Part shown: piece after piece, positions 55,018-64,000 of the stretch
How positions within the stretch are numbered: position 1 is the first letter of the stretch
Layout: every line of letters begins with the position of its first letter
Source: Bythopirellula sp.
GTDB lineage: Bacteria > Planctomycetota > Planctomycetia > Pirellulales > Lacipirellulaceae
Assembly: GCA_965216565.1 (NCBI GenBank)
Contig: OZ244170.1
Span: 2,720,001-2,784,000, forward strand
Reading direction: 5' to 3'
Length of the DNA: 64,000 nt
Translations under genes and position numbers: made by a program
The notes under the pieces: generated by a model
Seen by the model: the letters and a program-made list of their open reading frames with translations, nothing else
Told to the model about the DNA's origin: nothing
Databases searched by the model: none

Positions 55018-56082
55018 ATGCATCAATCATCTTTTTCACAACGATATCGAGGTTTCACGCTCGTGGAACTCTTGGTTGTCATTGCTATTATTGGCACTCT
55101 AGTCGCACTATTGTTGCCGGCTGTTCAAGCGGCACGCGAAGCAGCACGCCGCGCTCAGTGTGTAAATAACGCTAAACAACTTTCTTTGGCCGTTCACAAT
55201 TATGAATCGGCTTTCAAGGAATTTCCGCCAGGAGCGATCAACTTCTTCGGAGGAAATTGGGCCCTCAAGATATTGCCTTACCTGGAACAAGGTGCCGTCG
55301 ATCAAGGCTTGGTCGATGGACGAATGGCTGGACTCCCTGACGACGGGAGTGGGTGGATGGGTCCTCCCAATGCTGTAGGTCCTGGTCTGAATTACCAGTT
55401 ACTAGATGGTGTGGTGTTTCCGATGTTTCGCTGCCCCTCGAGCCCTTGGCCGGCACTCAGCTACCCGTACGAGAGTTTTAGTCTTGGCACTTGGGAAATG
55501 TCGCACCAGTTTGCTGTGAACGACTACCTGGGAATCGCGGGCTTCGCCGATCCCAATGACCTCGATCGAGTTTCTAACGAAGGATCGTATGGCATTGCGG
55601 CAGCTAATGGGGCCTTCCAACCCAACGACGGTGTTCCAATTTCTTTCTTTACCGACGGCACCTCGAATACGATGCTGATCGGAGAGCAATCGGGCATTGT
55701 GAACTACCAAGGCGAGGCCGTAGATCAACGAAGTGGCAATTGGGCAGGTGGATTTCTGGGAATGATTGCCGATCAGGTTCCCAAAGGCTGTGGAGAAATG
55801 CCAAATCAGAGAGAGGGACGGTGGTCGAAGAATCACTCCTGTTACTGGGCAGGGCTAACCACGATGCGTTACGCGATTGGTGCGAATGTCCGACCCGCTC
55901 CCGGTGCTCTTGATTCCTGGGATATGAATCAACCGTTGAATTCCTCGCATCCAGGGGGTGTGCATGTTGCTAGGGCTGATGGGGGAGTGATTTTTCTGTC
56001 AGACGCGATCGGACCGGCTGTCCTGCGACCGCTGGCCATCCGTGACGATGGCGAATTAACCCAAGAGAGCTTGACGAATTAG
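55018..56082 (+). CDS. DUF1559 prepilin-type N-terminal cleavage domain protein
   Basis: GFTLVELLVVIAIIG..LLLPAVQAAREAARR.QC.NN; DGTSNT; SSHPGG...ADG. Confidence 0.95.
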   Translation: MHQSSFSQRYRGFTLVELLVVIAIIGTLVALLLPAVQAAREAARRAQCVNNAKQLSLAVHNYESAFKEFPPGAINFFGGNWALKILPYLEQGAVDQGLVDGRMAGLPDDGSGWMGPPNAVGPGLNYQLLDGVVFPMFRCPSSPWPALSYPYESFSLGTWEMSHQFAVNDYLGIAGFADPNDLDRVSNEGSYGIAAANGAFQPNDGVPISFFTDGTSNTMLIGEQSGIVNYQGEAVDQRSGNWAGGFLGMIADQVPKGCGEMPNQREGRWSKNHSCYWAGLTTMRYAIGANVRPAPGALDSWDMNQPLNSSHPGGVHVARADGGVIFLSDAIGPAVLRPLAIRDDGELTQESLTN

Positions 56083-56152
56083 AGTGCAATCGTTCAGCTT
56101 AGCTAATCTTGCAAACAACGTTATAGAATCTAACAACCCTATTCTTACGACT

Positions 56153-56608
56153 ATGCCGAGCCACACGCCTCAATTGAAAGCCTTTTTGTTAGGCCTCGCG
56201 ATTCTTGTTCTGGGGGGGTGTGGACCACAGGGCCCAGACCTGGGGCCATTCGGACCAGTTTCTGGAAAAGTTACCTACCAGGGGAAGCCTGTAGCAAAGG
56301 GTATGATTACTTTCAGCAGTCCCCAGTCCGGTCAATCGGCCACTGCCAACTTAAATTCCGATGGCACTTACGTCATGGAACTAAACGACCGCAACGGGCT
56401 GCCCGTTGGAACGTACAAAATCTGTATTCGGCCACCACTGACTGCCAAGAACGAAACCGATCCTAGCAAGATGCGACGGAACAACCTGTACGATCCAGAG
56501 GTTTCTAAAGACATTCCGATGAAGTACCGCTACGAGAGTACTAGTGGGCTTGAGGAAACTGTTGTCGAAAGCGAAAACAAGTTTGACTTCGACATGTCAC
56601 CCGAATAG
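56153..56608 (+). CDS. Lipoprotein partner of DUF1559 (carboxypeptidase regulatory-like domain)
   Basis: Lipobox LGGC; VSGKVTYQGKPV..G.I.F; IP.KY...SGL; ENKFDFDM. Confidence 0.85.
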   Translation: MPSHTPQLKAFLLGLAILVLGGCGPQGPDLGPFGPVSGKVTYQGKPVAKGMITFSSPQSGQSATANLNSDGTYVMELNDRNGLPVGTYKICIRPPLTAKNETDPSKMRRNNLYDPEVSKDIPMKYRYESTSGLEETVVESENKFDFDMSPE

Positions 56609-56739
56609 CCGATCGTTGCACGACGGATGACCCCTACCTTTAATCAGGTAGCCCTCCCCTGCCCCGTGGTTAGACCACGCCCTAGTCTGAAACTCTTACG
56701 ACGGCCATCTTAACAGGCCGATCCATGCCAGACTGATTT

Positions 56740-58239
56740 CTATCCGTGGTCCTGCTTCAATGTCTTGACCAGTGAGTAAGACATAAAGATCCCTACGATT
56801 AGAATCGGTAGCGACACAACCAAGGTCGCAGTTTGAGCAACTTTGATTCCTCCGACATACATCAAAGTAATCGGCAAGATGGCTAGTGCAAAAGACCAAA
56901 AGGATCGGTGCCAGCGTGGCGGATCTTCGGTGGGCGAAAGGCGGCGCGTAGCGTTGGCGGCCAGGATGTAGGATGCTGAGTCGTAAGTTGTGGCTGAAAA
57001 GATGATACTTACCAAGCAGAACACAAGCAAAAATGGTTCGGCAAGGGGAAGTTGATCGAAGCTGGCGATAATTGCCTGATTTCCATCCTGTTCGTTGAGG
57101 ATATCTACGACAGAAACTTGATCGGTCAGTTGCTGATGCAGCGAGAAATTCCCTAGCGTCAGATAAAACAGTGCCCCTCCCAGGGAACCATAAGTCAACA
57201 TGCCAACGATTACCTCACGAATAGTTCGGCCTCGCGAGATTCGAGTGACAAACAACCCAACAAAGGGAGCATAAGCCACCCACCAGGCCCAGTAGAATAC
57301 GGTCCAATCCTCTACGAATCCCGACTTGGTGAATGGGTCGGTCCAAGTATTCATACGAATAAAGTTTTGGGCGACAGTTCCGATGCTGTTGAGTGCCGAC
57401 TTCGCTAGAAACAGAGTCGGTCCTGCTAACAGGACAAATACAACCAGCCCCAGGGCGAGCAACATATTCAAATCGCTGAGTCGTTTGATTCCTTTCTTGA
57501 GACCTAGGGCGACACTAATGGCAAACAACACAACACAGACGGCAACCACAGCCACTTCAAGACCGAAACTTACCTCAATCCCAGTCAACCGAGAAACCAG
57601 GGCCGCGATCAATGGGGTAGAAAACCCAAGCGAGGATCCCGCTCCTCCGATGAGTGCGATCATAAAAAAGAAATCGATGAGCCGCGAAATAAAATGGTCT
57701 TCTTTGCCTTTCAAGAAGTAATGACAGCTTAGGCTAAACTTCAAGAACGGAACCTTCTTCACATGAAACGGATATGCAATTGCTAACGTGGGCAAACAAT
57801 AGAATGCCCACGCAGTAACTCCCCAGTGAAAAATGCCGTACGACGATGCCCAATTGGCGGCTTCTGGCGAACTCGGTTCGACTCCAAAAGGGGGAGCCTG
57901 GTAGTAGAAGGCCCATTCGATAGAGGACCAATACATCAAGCCCGCCCCGACACCAGCGCAGAATAGCATGCCGATCCAGCTGTAGGTGCTAAACTCCGGT
58001 TGGTCCCCCCTGTCCCCGAGTGTGATCAGGCCGTAACGGCTCAGGGCGAGCCAAGCCAGCAATAGCAATGCCGCGCAACCACCTAACAAGTAGAGAACCC
58101 CGAAGTGGGAAGCGACAAAGTCGTAGCATACCTGCAAATACTTGGCCCCTGCTTCCGGTGCAAAGAATAATGGGGCACAAACTAAGAGGATGACTAATAG
58201 AGTTGCGGCAAAACTAGTCTTATCGATATTCTTGTCCAA
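56740..58239 (-). CDS. BCCT family transporter (betaine/carnitine/choline/DMSP)
   Basis: SWIGMLFCAGVGAG, FHWG, WTVFYWAWW..APFVG, RISRGRTIRE. Confidence 0.93.
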   Translation of the reverse strand: MDKNIDKTSFAATLLVILLVCAPLFFAPEAGAKYLQVCYDFVASHFGVLYLLGGCAALLLLAWLALSRYGLITLGDRGDQPEFSTYSWIGMLFCAGVGAGLMYWSSIEWAFYYQAPPFGVEPSSPEAANWASSYGIFHWGVTAWAFYCLPTLAIAYPFHVKKVPFLKFSLSCHYFLKGKEDHFISRLIDFFFMIALIGGAGSSLGFSTPLIAALVSRLTGIEVSFGLEVAVVAVCVVLFAISVALGLKKGIKRLSDLNMLLALGLVVFVLLAGPTLFLAKSALNSIGTVAQNFIRMNTWTDPFTKSGFVEDWTVFYWAWWVAYAPFVGLFVTRISRGRTIREVIVGMLTYGSLGGALFYLTLGNFSLHQQLTDQVSVVDILNEQDGNQAIIASFDQLPLAEPFLLVFCLVSIIFSATTYDSASYILAANATRRLSPTEDPPRWHRSFWSFALAILPITLMYVGGIKVAQTATLVVSLPILIVGIFMSYSLVKTLKQDHG

Positions 58240-58307
58240 ACAGTCTCTCCCACAAAGAGCTATCTATTTGCGCCACGATAGAGTACTTGCAAACTCAGTG
58301 AACCTAT

Positions 58308-60260
58308 TTAGCACTTTAACTCGTCGAGATCTTCAAACAAGGAAAGGGCATGGGGATTCGCCAACGCCTCCTTGTTGCTGACGGGCTGATGATGAATCAC
58401 ATTGCGAACTGCAATTTCGGCGATTTTTCCACTGAGAGTTCGGGGTATGTCACTTACTTGGATTATCTTACTAGGTACGTGTCGTGGTGTGGTGTTTTCT
58501 TTGATGGTTTTTCGAATCTTACTTGTCAAGCTTTCGTCAAGTTCCAGGTCTTTTCGCATGCAAACGAATAAGACTACGCGGCAATCATCTTGCCAGTCTT
58601 GGCCAATTACTAATGATTCAACGACCTCGTCGATCTTCTCCACTTGTCGATAAATCTCTGCGGTGCCGATTCTGACACCGCCCGGATTGAGCACCGCATC
58701 AGACCTTCCATAGATCACAAATCCGCCCGTGTCGGTTATCTCTGCATAGTCACCATGCGTCCAGATGTTATCAAATCGGTCGAAGTAAGCTTCGCGGAAT
58801 CGTTCGTTGTTTGGGTCATTCCAGAATCCAATGGGAACAGACGGAAACGATTGCCGGCAAACGAGTTCACCCTTTCGCTCGCGAATCGAACGTCCCTCGT
58901 CATCGACTACGTCGACATCCATCCCAAGCCCTGGGCATTGTAGCTCGCCAGCGTGAACCGGCAGACATGGATTGCCAGAGACAAACGCCCCCAACAAATC
59001 GGTGCCGCCGGCGATGGACGACAACAAGACATCATGCTTCACATTCTCGTACACATAGCTAAAGCCTTCTGGCGCCAATGGCGAGCCGGTGGAAAGTATC
59101 GTTCTGAGGCTGTCGAGGTCATAATCTTTGGAAGGTTCTGCTTCGGATTTCTCTAAGGCGCTGATGAATTTAGCGCTCGTGCCGAAAATAGAAATCGCTT
59201 CTCTGTCGATCAATTCAATAAGACGATCAATTTTCGGATAGGTCGGCGCACCATCGTACAAGACCAGGGTACAACCGGTTGCCAGGCCACTTACAAGCCA
59301 ATTCCACATCATCCAGCCGCAGGTGCTGAAATAGAATGCGACGTCCCCTGCCCCCATGTCAGTGTGCAGCAAGTGCTCTTTTTGGTGTTCTAGCAAGGCA
59401 CCTCCCGCGCAGTGAACAATGCACTTAGGTTTTCCGGTTGTGCCGGAGGAGTACAGAATGAACAGCGGGTGGTCGAACGGTAGCCGCTGGAATTCGCAGT
59501 CGCGGGAGCCTGCTCTCAAGTAATCATTGATCAAAACCGCGGAAGGAATATCGCAAATGTTGGGAGCATCGCTTACTAGCGGGAGGACTACCACTCGACG
59601 AACGGTTGGTAGCTGTTGTAAGACCGATTTTACACGGCCGAGCGAGTCGTGAACTTTTCCGTTGTAATAGTAGCCATCGGCAGTAAAAAGTACCTTGGGT
59701 TCGATCTGGCCAAAGCGATCAAGCAAACCTTGCTCGCCAAAATCGGGTGAGCAAGAACTCCATACGGCCCCGAGACTGGCCGATGCCAGCATCGCCACGG
59801 TTGCATCGATGATGTTCGGTACGAAACCCGCAACGCGGTCACCAACAGATACTCCTTCCTCGCGCAAAGCTGCTGCCAGGGCGGCAACACGGTTGTAGAG
59901 GTCGGCGTAACTGATCTCCTGTCGTCGACCATTTTCTAACCAAGAAACGAGGGCAGGATGATCGTCGCGTCGGCGGAGTAGATTCTCCGCATAGTTGAGC
60001 TTGGCCCTGGGGAACCACTGGCTCCCTGGTAGATGATCTGGCTGTTCCAGGTAGGGAGGCTTGCCTTTATCGCCAATAATTCCAGAAAAATCCCATAATT
60101 GCGACCAAAAGGCTTCCCGATTGTCGACGCTCCAGCGATGCAGTGCCCAATAATCCTTGGAAGGTAACTGGTCAGGAATTTGGTGCTGGAAGCGTGTAAT
60201 CGCTGCGGCTTCGATACGGCGGTCGTCGGGACGCCAAAGAGCTTGCATGTTGTGCCCCAT
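58308..60260 (-). CDS. Acetoacetate--CoA ligase
   Basis: SSCSPDFG, ILYSSGTTGKPKCIVH, GWMMWNWL, GRSDAVLNPGGVRIG; ATG overlaps the upstream TAA. Confidence 0.92.
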   Translation of the reverse strand: MGHNMQALWRPDDRRIEAAAITRFQHQIPDQLPSKDYWALHRWSVDNREAFWSQLWDFSGIIGDKGKPPYLEQPDHLPGSQWFPRAKLNYAENLLRRRDDHPALVSWLENGRRQEISYADLYNRVAALAAALREEGVSVGDRVAGFVPNIIDATVAMLASASLGAVWSSCSPDFGEQGLLDRFGQIEPKVLFTADGYYYNGKVHDSLGRVKSVLQQLPTVRRVVVLPLVSDAPNICDIPSAVLINDYLRAGSRDCEFQRLPFDHPLFILYSSGTTGKPKCIVHCAGGALLEHQKEHLLHTDMGAGDVAFYFSTCGWMMWNWLVSGLATGCTLVLYDGAPTYPKIDRLIELIDREAISIFGTSAKFISALEKSEAEPSKDYDLDSLRTILSTGSPLAPEGFSYVYENVKHDVLLSSIAGGTDLLGAFVSGNPCLPVHAGELQCPGLGMDVDVVDDEGRSIRERKGELVCRQSFPSVPIGFWNDPNNERFREAYFDRFDNIWTHGDYAEITDTGGFVIYGRSDAVLNPGGVRIGTAEIYRQVEKIDEVVESLVIGQDWQDDCRVVLFVCMRKDLELDESLTSKIRKTIKENTTPRHVPSKIIQVSDIPRTLSGKIAEIAVRNVIHHQPVSNKEALANPHALSLFEDLDELKC

Positions 60261-61249
60261 TAGGCTTCGGTGTCGACGATCACGCACCCGCGAACTTCAC
60301 CTTTTTCGATCAGTTCATGGGCGTGAGAAAGTTTTTCCAACGGCACAACATGGGCTACACGGTGCTGCAAGCTGCCTTCAGAAAGGCAACGATTGATATC
60401 TTCGATCGCTTGCTGCTTGGCACTCTCTGGCATGGCATACACAATCACCATCCGGATGGTTAGGTCCTTGTACATCATTTGCAAGAATGGCAGTTCCGGC
60501 TTTTGAACTTGAGTGGAAGAATACGTCGCGATGGTGCCACTCGTACGTATGCACTTCAAGACTTCCGGTAAATTGGTGCCAAACTCAACATCGATTACAC
60601 GATCGACTTTCTTACCCTGTGTGGCTTCAAGAACATGCTCGCCCCAGTTATCCTTGCGGTGATTGACGACATGCTCCGCGCCAATTCCGCGGCAAGTTTG
60701 CTCATCTGCCGAGTTACTGGCTGTGGCAACAACAGTTGCGCCGGCGGACTTTGCCCATTGAATAGCGTAATAGCCAACACGTCCAGCACCACCGGTGACT
60801 AAAATAGACTGTTCTTTTACCGGGCCATCAGCGAAGACGCAGCGGTGGGCCGTCATTGCTGGAATCCCCAAGCAAGCGCCAACTTCGAACGAGGCATTTG
60901 CTGGCAATGCTGCAGCACGAAGAGTATCAAGGGCAACATATTCAGCGGCGGTCCCGAACCGACGTCCATACTGAGCCTGGTAGACCCACACCCTTTCGCC
61001 AATTCGATCTGGGGACACACCATCGCCCACGGCTTCGATAATCCCAGCACCATCGCTGTGGGGAATAACCGGCCCTTCGTCCAACAGGCTGGCAAAGGCT
61101 CCAGTACGCTTCTTTACGTCGGAAGGATTCACGCCGCTGGTTTTCAACTTTACCAGCACTTCACCGGCCAAAGGCACAGGTTTCGGCTGCTCACCTACAA
61201 TGAGTGAATCTCTTGCTGGGCCAAACGAATCGAACCATCCGGCTTTCAT
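60260..61249 (-). CDS. NADPH:quinone reductase-like MDR oxidoreductase
   Basis: GVNPSD.K, PHSDGAG, GTAAEY, TGGAGRVG. Confidence 0.88.
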   Translation of the reverse strand: MKAGWFDSFGPARDSLIVGEQPKPVPLAGEVLVKLKTSGVNPSDVKKRTGAFASLLDEGPVIPHSDGAGIIEAVGDGVSPDRIGERVWVYQAQYGRRFGTAAEYVALDTLRAAALPANASFEVGACLGIPAMTAHRCVFADGPVKEQSILVTGGAGRVGYYAIQWAKSAGATVVATASNSADEQTCRGIGAEHVVNHRKDNWGEHVLEATQGKKVDRVIDVEFGTNLPEVLKCIRTSGTIATYSSTQVQKPELPFLQMMYKDLTIRMVIVYAMPESAKQQAIEDINRCLSEGSLQHRVAHVVPLEKLSHAHELIEKGEVRGCVIVDTEA

Positions 61250-61265
61250 GTCTCTCTCCTATCAC

Positions 61266-62075
61266 TCAATTGAATGAGCAAAGCTTGTTGGATAGTGTTT
61301 CGGTATGGCCGTCGATGGAAATAGCTTGGCCAGACAATGTCGCCCCTGCCTCAGAGCAAAAATACAGTGCCATGCTCGCCACATCATCGGGTCTCACAAA
61401 TAAACTCATAGAACTTTGCTCTAAATAGGCCAGACGGATCTTGCTTGCGTCGACCCCTCGTGCCTGAGCATCCCTGGCGATAACGCCGTTAATTCGCTCG
61501 CCCTCCACACTCCCGGGGCAAATTGCATTGACTCGAATGTTGAACGGGCCGAGTTCCATGGCCCAGGTTTTCGTCAGGCCAATCAAAGCCCATTTCGCGG
61601 CGGAATAGGGAGATCGGAGCGGACAACCGAAAAATGCGGCATTGGACGAAATATTAATGATCGAGCCGCCATGACACGATTTGAGCATAGGCACTGCTAG
61701 GCGAGTGCAGTAGAACTGACCGCTCAAGTCTATGGCGATTGTCTTATCCCACTCCTCAATCTCGATATCTTCTACTGCTGCAGTCGGGCCAGCGATGGCA
61801 GCGTTGTTGACTAGGATGTCTAGACGTTGATAGAGATTACTCAGGTCACTGAAGACGCGCTCGACTTGCTCGGGCTGACTAACATCGGCAACGCTTGCCG
61901 ATGCTGTGGGGTTTGATTCTAGAAACTCACCGATCCTGTCTTCACACACGTCGCACACATGAACTTTGCAATCATGAGCAAGCAGGCTCTCAGCGATATA
62001 GCGCCCGATCCCAGAAGCACCTGCTGTGACAAGGGCAACCTGTCCAGGTCGAATTTCATTAACAAGGTTTGCCAT
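61266..62075 (-). CDS. SDR oxidoreductase (3-hydroxyacid dehydrogenase-like)
   Basis: VTAGASGIG, NNAAIAGP, YSAAK, VNAICPG; start taken at ATG 62075. Confidence 0.88.
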   Translation of the reverse strand: MANLVNEIRPGQVALVTAGASGIGRYIAESLLAHDCKVHVCDVCEDRIGEFLESNPTASASVADVSQPEQVERVFSDLSNLYQRLDILVNNAAIAGPTAAVEDIEIEEWDKTIAIDLSGQFYCTRLAVPMLKSCHGGSIINISSNAAFFGCPLRSPYSAAKWALIGLTKTWAMELGPFNIRVNAICPGSVEGERINGVIARDAQARGVDASKIRLAYLEQSSMSLFVRPDDVASMALYFCSEAGATLSGQAISIDGHTETLSNKLCSFN

Positions 62076-62323
62076 CTCGTTCTCATTGGCCGTTTGCGTT
62101 TCTCTAATTGTCGCCCTGCTCCAGCTGGATTGAAAGGGGACTGACATAAAAACACTTCGTAACAACGCGGTAATTTGATTACGTAAAAAGTAGTCAAATC
62201 CCTCGCCGTTCGACGCTCGGTCAATCGATAGATAGTCAAAGCCTCGAGTTTGATTTTCTATGTAAGCACAAAGACCAAACCAAACTCACTCACTAATAAC
62301 AATTGGCGCTCTAAAGAACTCTT

Positions 62324-62336
62324 TTTGTTGAACAAA
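62324..62336. promoter_or_regulatory. Putative operator TTTGTTGAACAAA, copy 3
   Basis: Identical palindrome upstream of the SDR-QOR-ligase-BCCT operon. Confidence 0.65.
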
Positions 62337-62507
62337 CGACTTGGCACTGTATGCCGAGCCAACTCGATTTGCACTGTGTGCCTATCAGAGTGATAGTTCC
62401 TGAGAGAGGCAACTGCATTTAGTTACAAGCGTTGCCTTGCAATAGATTAGAAAATGCGCGGCCGCGATCTGACAGATCTCCGGTATCTGTCGTTCCGCTA
62501 ATCCTAC

Positions 62508-63026
62508 TCAGATCAAATCCAAAGGGCTGGGCCGACGGTGACGCTTCGTCCCGCAGTCGGAACAGATGCCGGAGATTATCAGCCGATGGCCGGTGATGCG
62601 GAAGTGGTGGTCGGTGGCAACCGCCTCACGGAGTCGCTTGAGTTCTTCACTTTGGAATTCGATCAGTTCATCGCAAATGGTGCAGTGCAAATGATCGTGC
62701 TGAGGGTAGCCGTAATCGTGTTCGTAGACCGCTCGGCCGCGAAGGTTCATCCGCCGCAGGAGCCCCGCATCGACCAATTCGTTGAGTGTTCGGTAAACGG
62801 TGGGCCGGCTAACCTTGCTGCCCTCAGGTTGCTGGGCCAAGTTGAGAATCAGTTCCTCGGCATCAAAGTGGTCGTGGCGCTTGAAAACGAAGTCGACCAG
62901 GATCTTCCTTTGCTGAGTGATCCGCTTGCCTTTGCTCTGCAGGAATTCGCTGAAGCGCTCCTGAGGGCTGCTGGAAACCGTGACCGTACCGAGTGAGTAG
63001 CCGCTGGACATCGCTGAATTTACCAT
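62508..63026 (-). CDS. Fur family transcriptional regulator
   Basis: RITQQR, HFDAEEL, SRPTVYRTL, HDHLHCTIC, C-terminal CSDC. Confidence 0.93.
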   Translation of the reverse strand: MVNSAMSSGYSLGTVTVSSSPQERFSEFLQSKGKRITQQRKILVDFVFKRHDHFDAEELILNLAQQPEGSKVSRPTVYRTLNELVDAGLLRRMNLRGRAVYEHDYGYPQHDHLHCTICDELIEFQSEELKRLREAVATDHHFRITGHRLIISGICSDCGTKRHRRPSPLDLI

Positions 63027-63325
63027 TTGCGTCGAAGAGCCAGTTTCAATAAGGGCGGGCCACGGCCTTTATTGAGACCAGAGCCAGCTGTGTAGTTCTG
63101 ACGAACAGCCTAGTATAGCTGTCTGCAGAAGAATGTTACATCTTCTTATTGATTCTACGCTTTTCGCTGCTGAGTCTCAAGAGTGAGACCAAAACCCGGG
63201 GCTGCAGGGAATTGAGCTGCCTGATTTCTTCGGCGAGCCGACTTGTCTCCAAGTCAAAGGAGCCGAGGTCGGGGACGACTCGGCTCGCTGGGGAGGAATT
63301 CGTTCAAACTCGTGGACACGGCCTA

Positions 63326-63604
63326 TCAGCCGATTTCGTCTAGCAGATTGTCAAGCGCGGCATCGAGCTTGTCGGCGGTCTCGTAAGTGCCGTCGGCAAT
63401 CTGTTGACGAACACGATTCACCAAGTCGGTGCGAATTTCGCCACTCTCTTGGGCCTCGATCGCTTCAAGCGCTGCCGCGGAAATGTCGAGTTGATCGGAA
63501 GGGCCTGCCGAAGCGGGGTTCGCTTGTGGGGCATTGTTCCGATTGTAGTGAGGGCCGTTGATGCCGTGGGCACCGTGAAGGTGCGAGGGTCCGTTGACTT
63601 GCAT
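63326..63604 (-). CDS. flgM: Flagellar anti-sigma-28 factor FlgM
   Basis: DQLDIS...IRTDLVNRVRQQIADGTY; GGAG RBS. Confidence 0.85.
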   Translation of the reverse strand: MQVNGPSHLHGAHGINGPHYNRNNAPQANPASAGPSDQLDISAAALEAIEAQESGEIRTDLVNRVRQQIADGTYETADKLDAALDNLLDEIG

Positions 63605-64000
63605 GATGTTCTCCAGATGAGATTACTGATTGCCAGAGTCGCACGGGCAAAATGCTATCGAGCTTTGCTACCGTGGGCGGGTGACGAGTGGTTTCAGTGG
63701 AATAGGTCTCAAAGGGTGTCGGAATGGTTCAGATCAAAAAACTGTGAACGACGAGTGAAGACTCGCCCGTACTATTCTCATCGTCGCGCTCGGCGGCAGG
63801 GAATCATCGTTTTGAACAAAGGCCGGTCAACCGACCGGCACGTTCTGTATCGGGTATGACAGTATTGATTGACGAATATGGCAGTTAGCAGGTGGATTTG
63901 TTTCGTTTTCGCAACATCTCCGAGCGGTTGCGGTCGGTTCCTGGCGAAGGCACTCGTCAGACCGAATTTGTGGCCCAGGCGCGATCGCAGCACTCGTAAC

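Noticed and set aside
60260..61249. AcuI acrylyl-CoA reductase
   Set aside because: Motifs (GVNPSD, PHSDGAG) fit quinone-reductase-type MDRs rather than the YhdH/AcuI NYKD type; cannot be assigned without phylogeny.

Overview
64 kb of a planctomycete chromosome (Pirellulales/Lacipirellulaceae-like, judged from PEP-CTERM proteins with planctomycete dockerin-like repeats, a DUF1559 gene, an ECF sigma/Ser-Thr kinase pair and an unlinked 23S-5S rRNA unit). The left half holds membrane/secreted hypotheticals, a PhyH dioxygenase, a PL14-like lyase, the 23S-5S rRNA unit without 16S, a tandem-GGDEF cyclase, a MarR-TolC-adaptor-ABC efflux operon, a GH2 beta-galactosidase and an amber-inactivated REP-flanked tyrosine transposase. 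The right half holds the most interesting material. (i) A split methyl-sulfur/onium catabolic cluster: Tat-exported SELENBP1-type methanethiol oxidase, a variant homocysteine S-methyltransferase, DmdB-like ligase-metY-hydrolase-metA, paaI-fadB and SDR-QOR-acetoacetate ligase-BCCT, with the 13-bp palindrome TTTGTTGAACAAA in three intergenic regions. (ii) Two paralogous Tyr/Gly/Ser-rich PEP-CTERM proteins with a shared RWLSYAAA leader, directly upstream of an AlkP-TPR-sulfotransferase fusion, a candidate surface-protein modification system. (iii) A GlpX-fold protein that has lost its catalytic motifs. All functional calls come from motif recognition by eye; no database searches were run.
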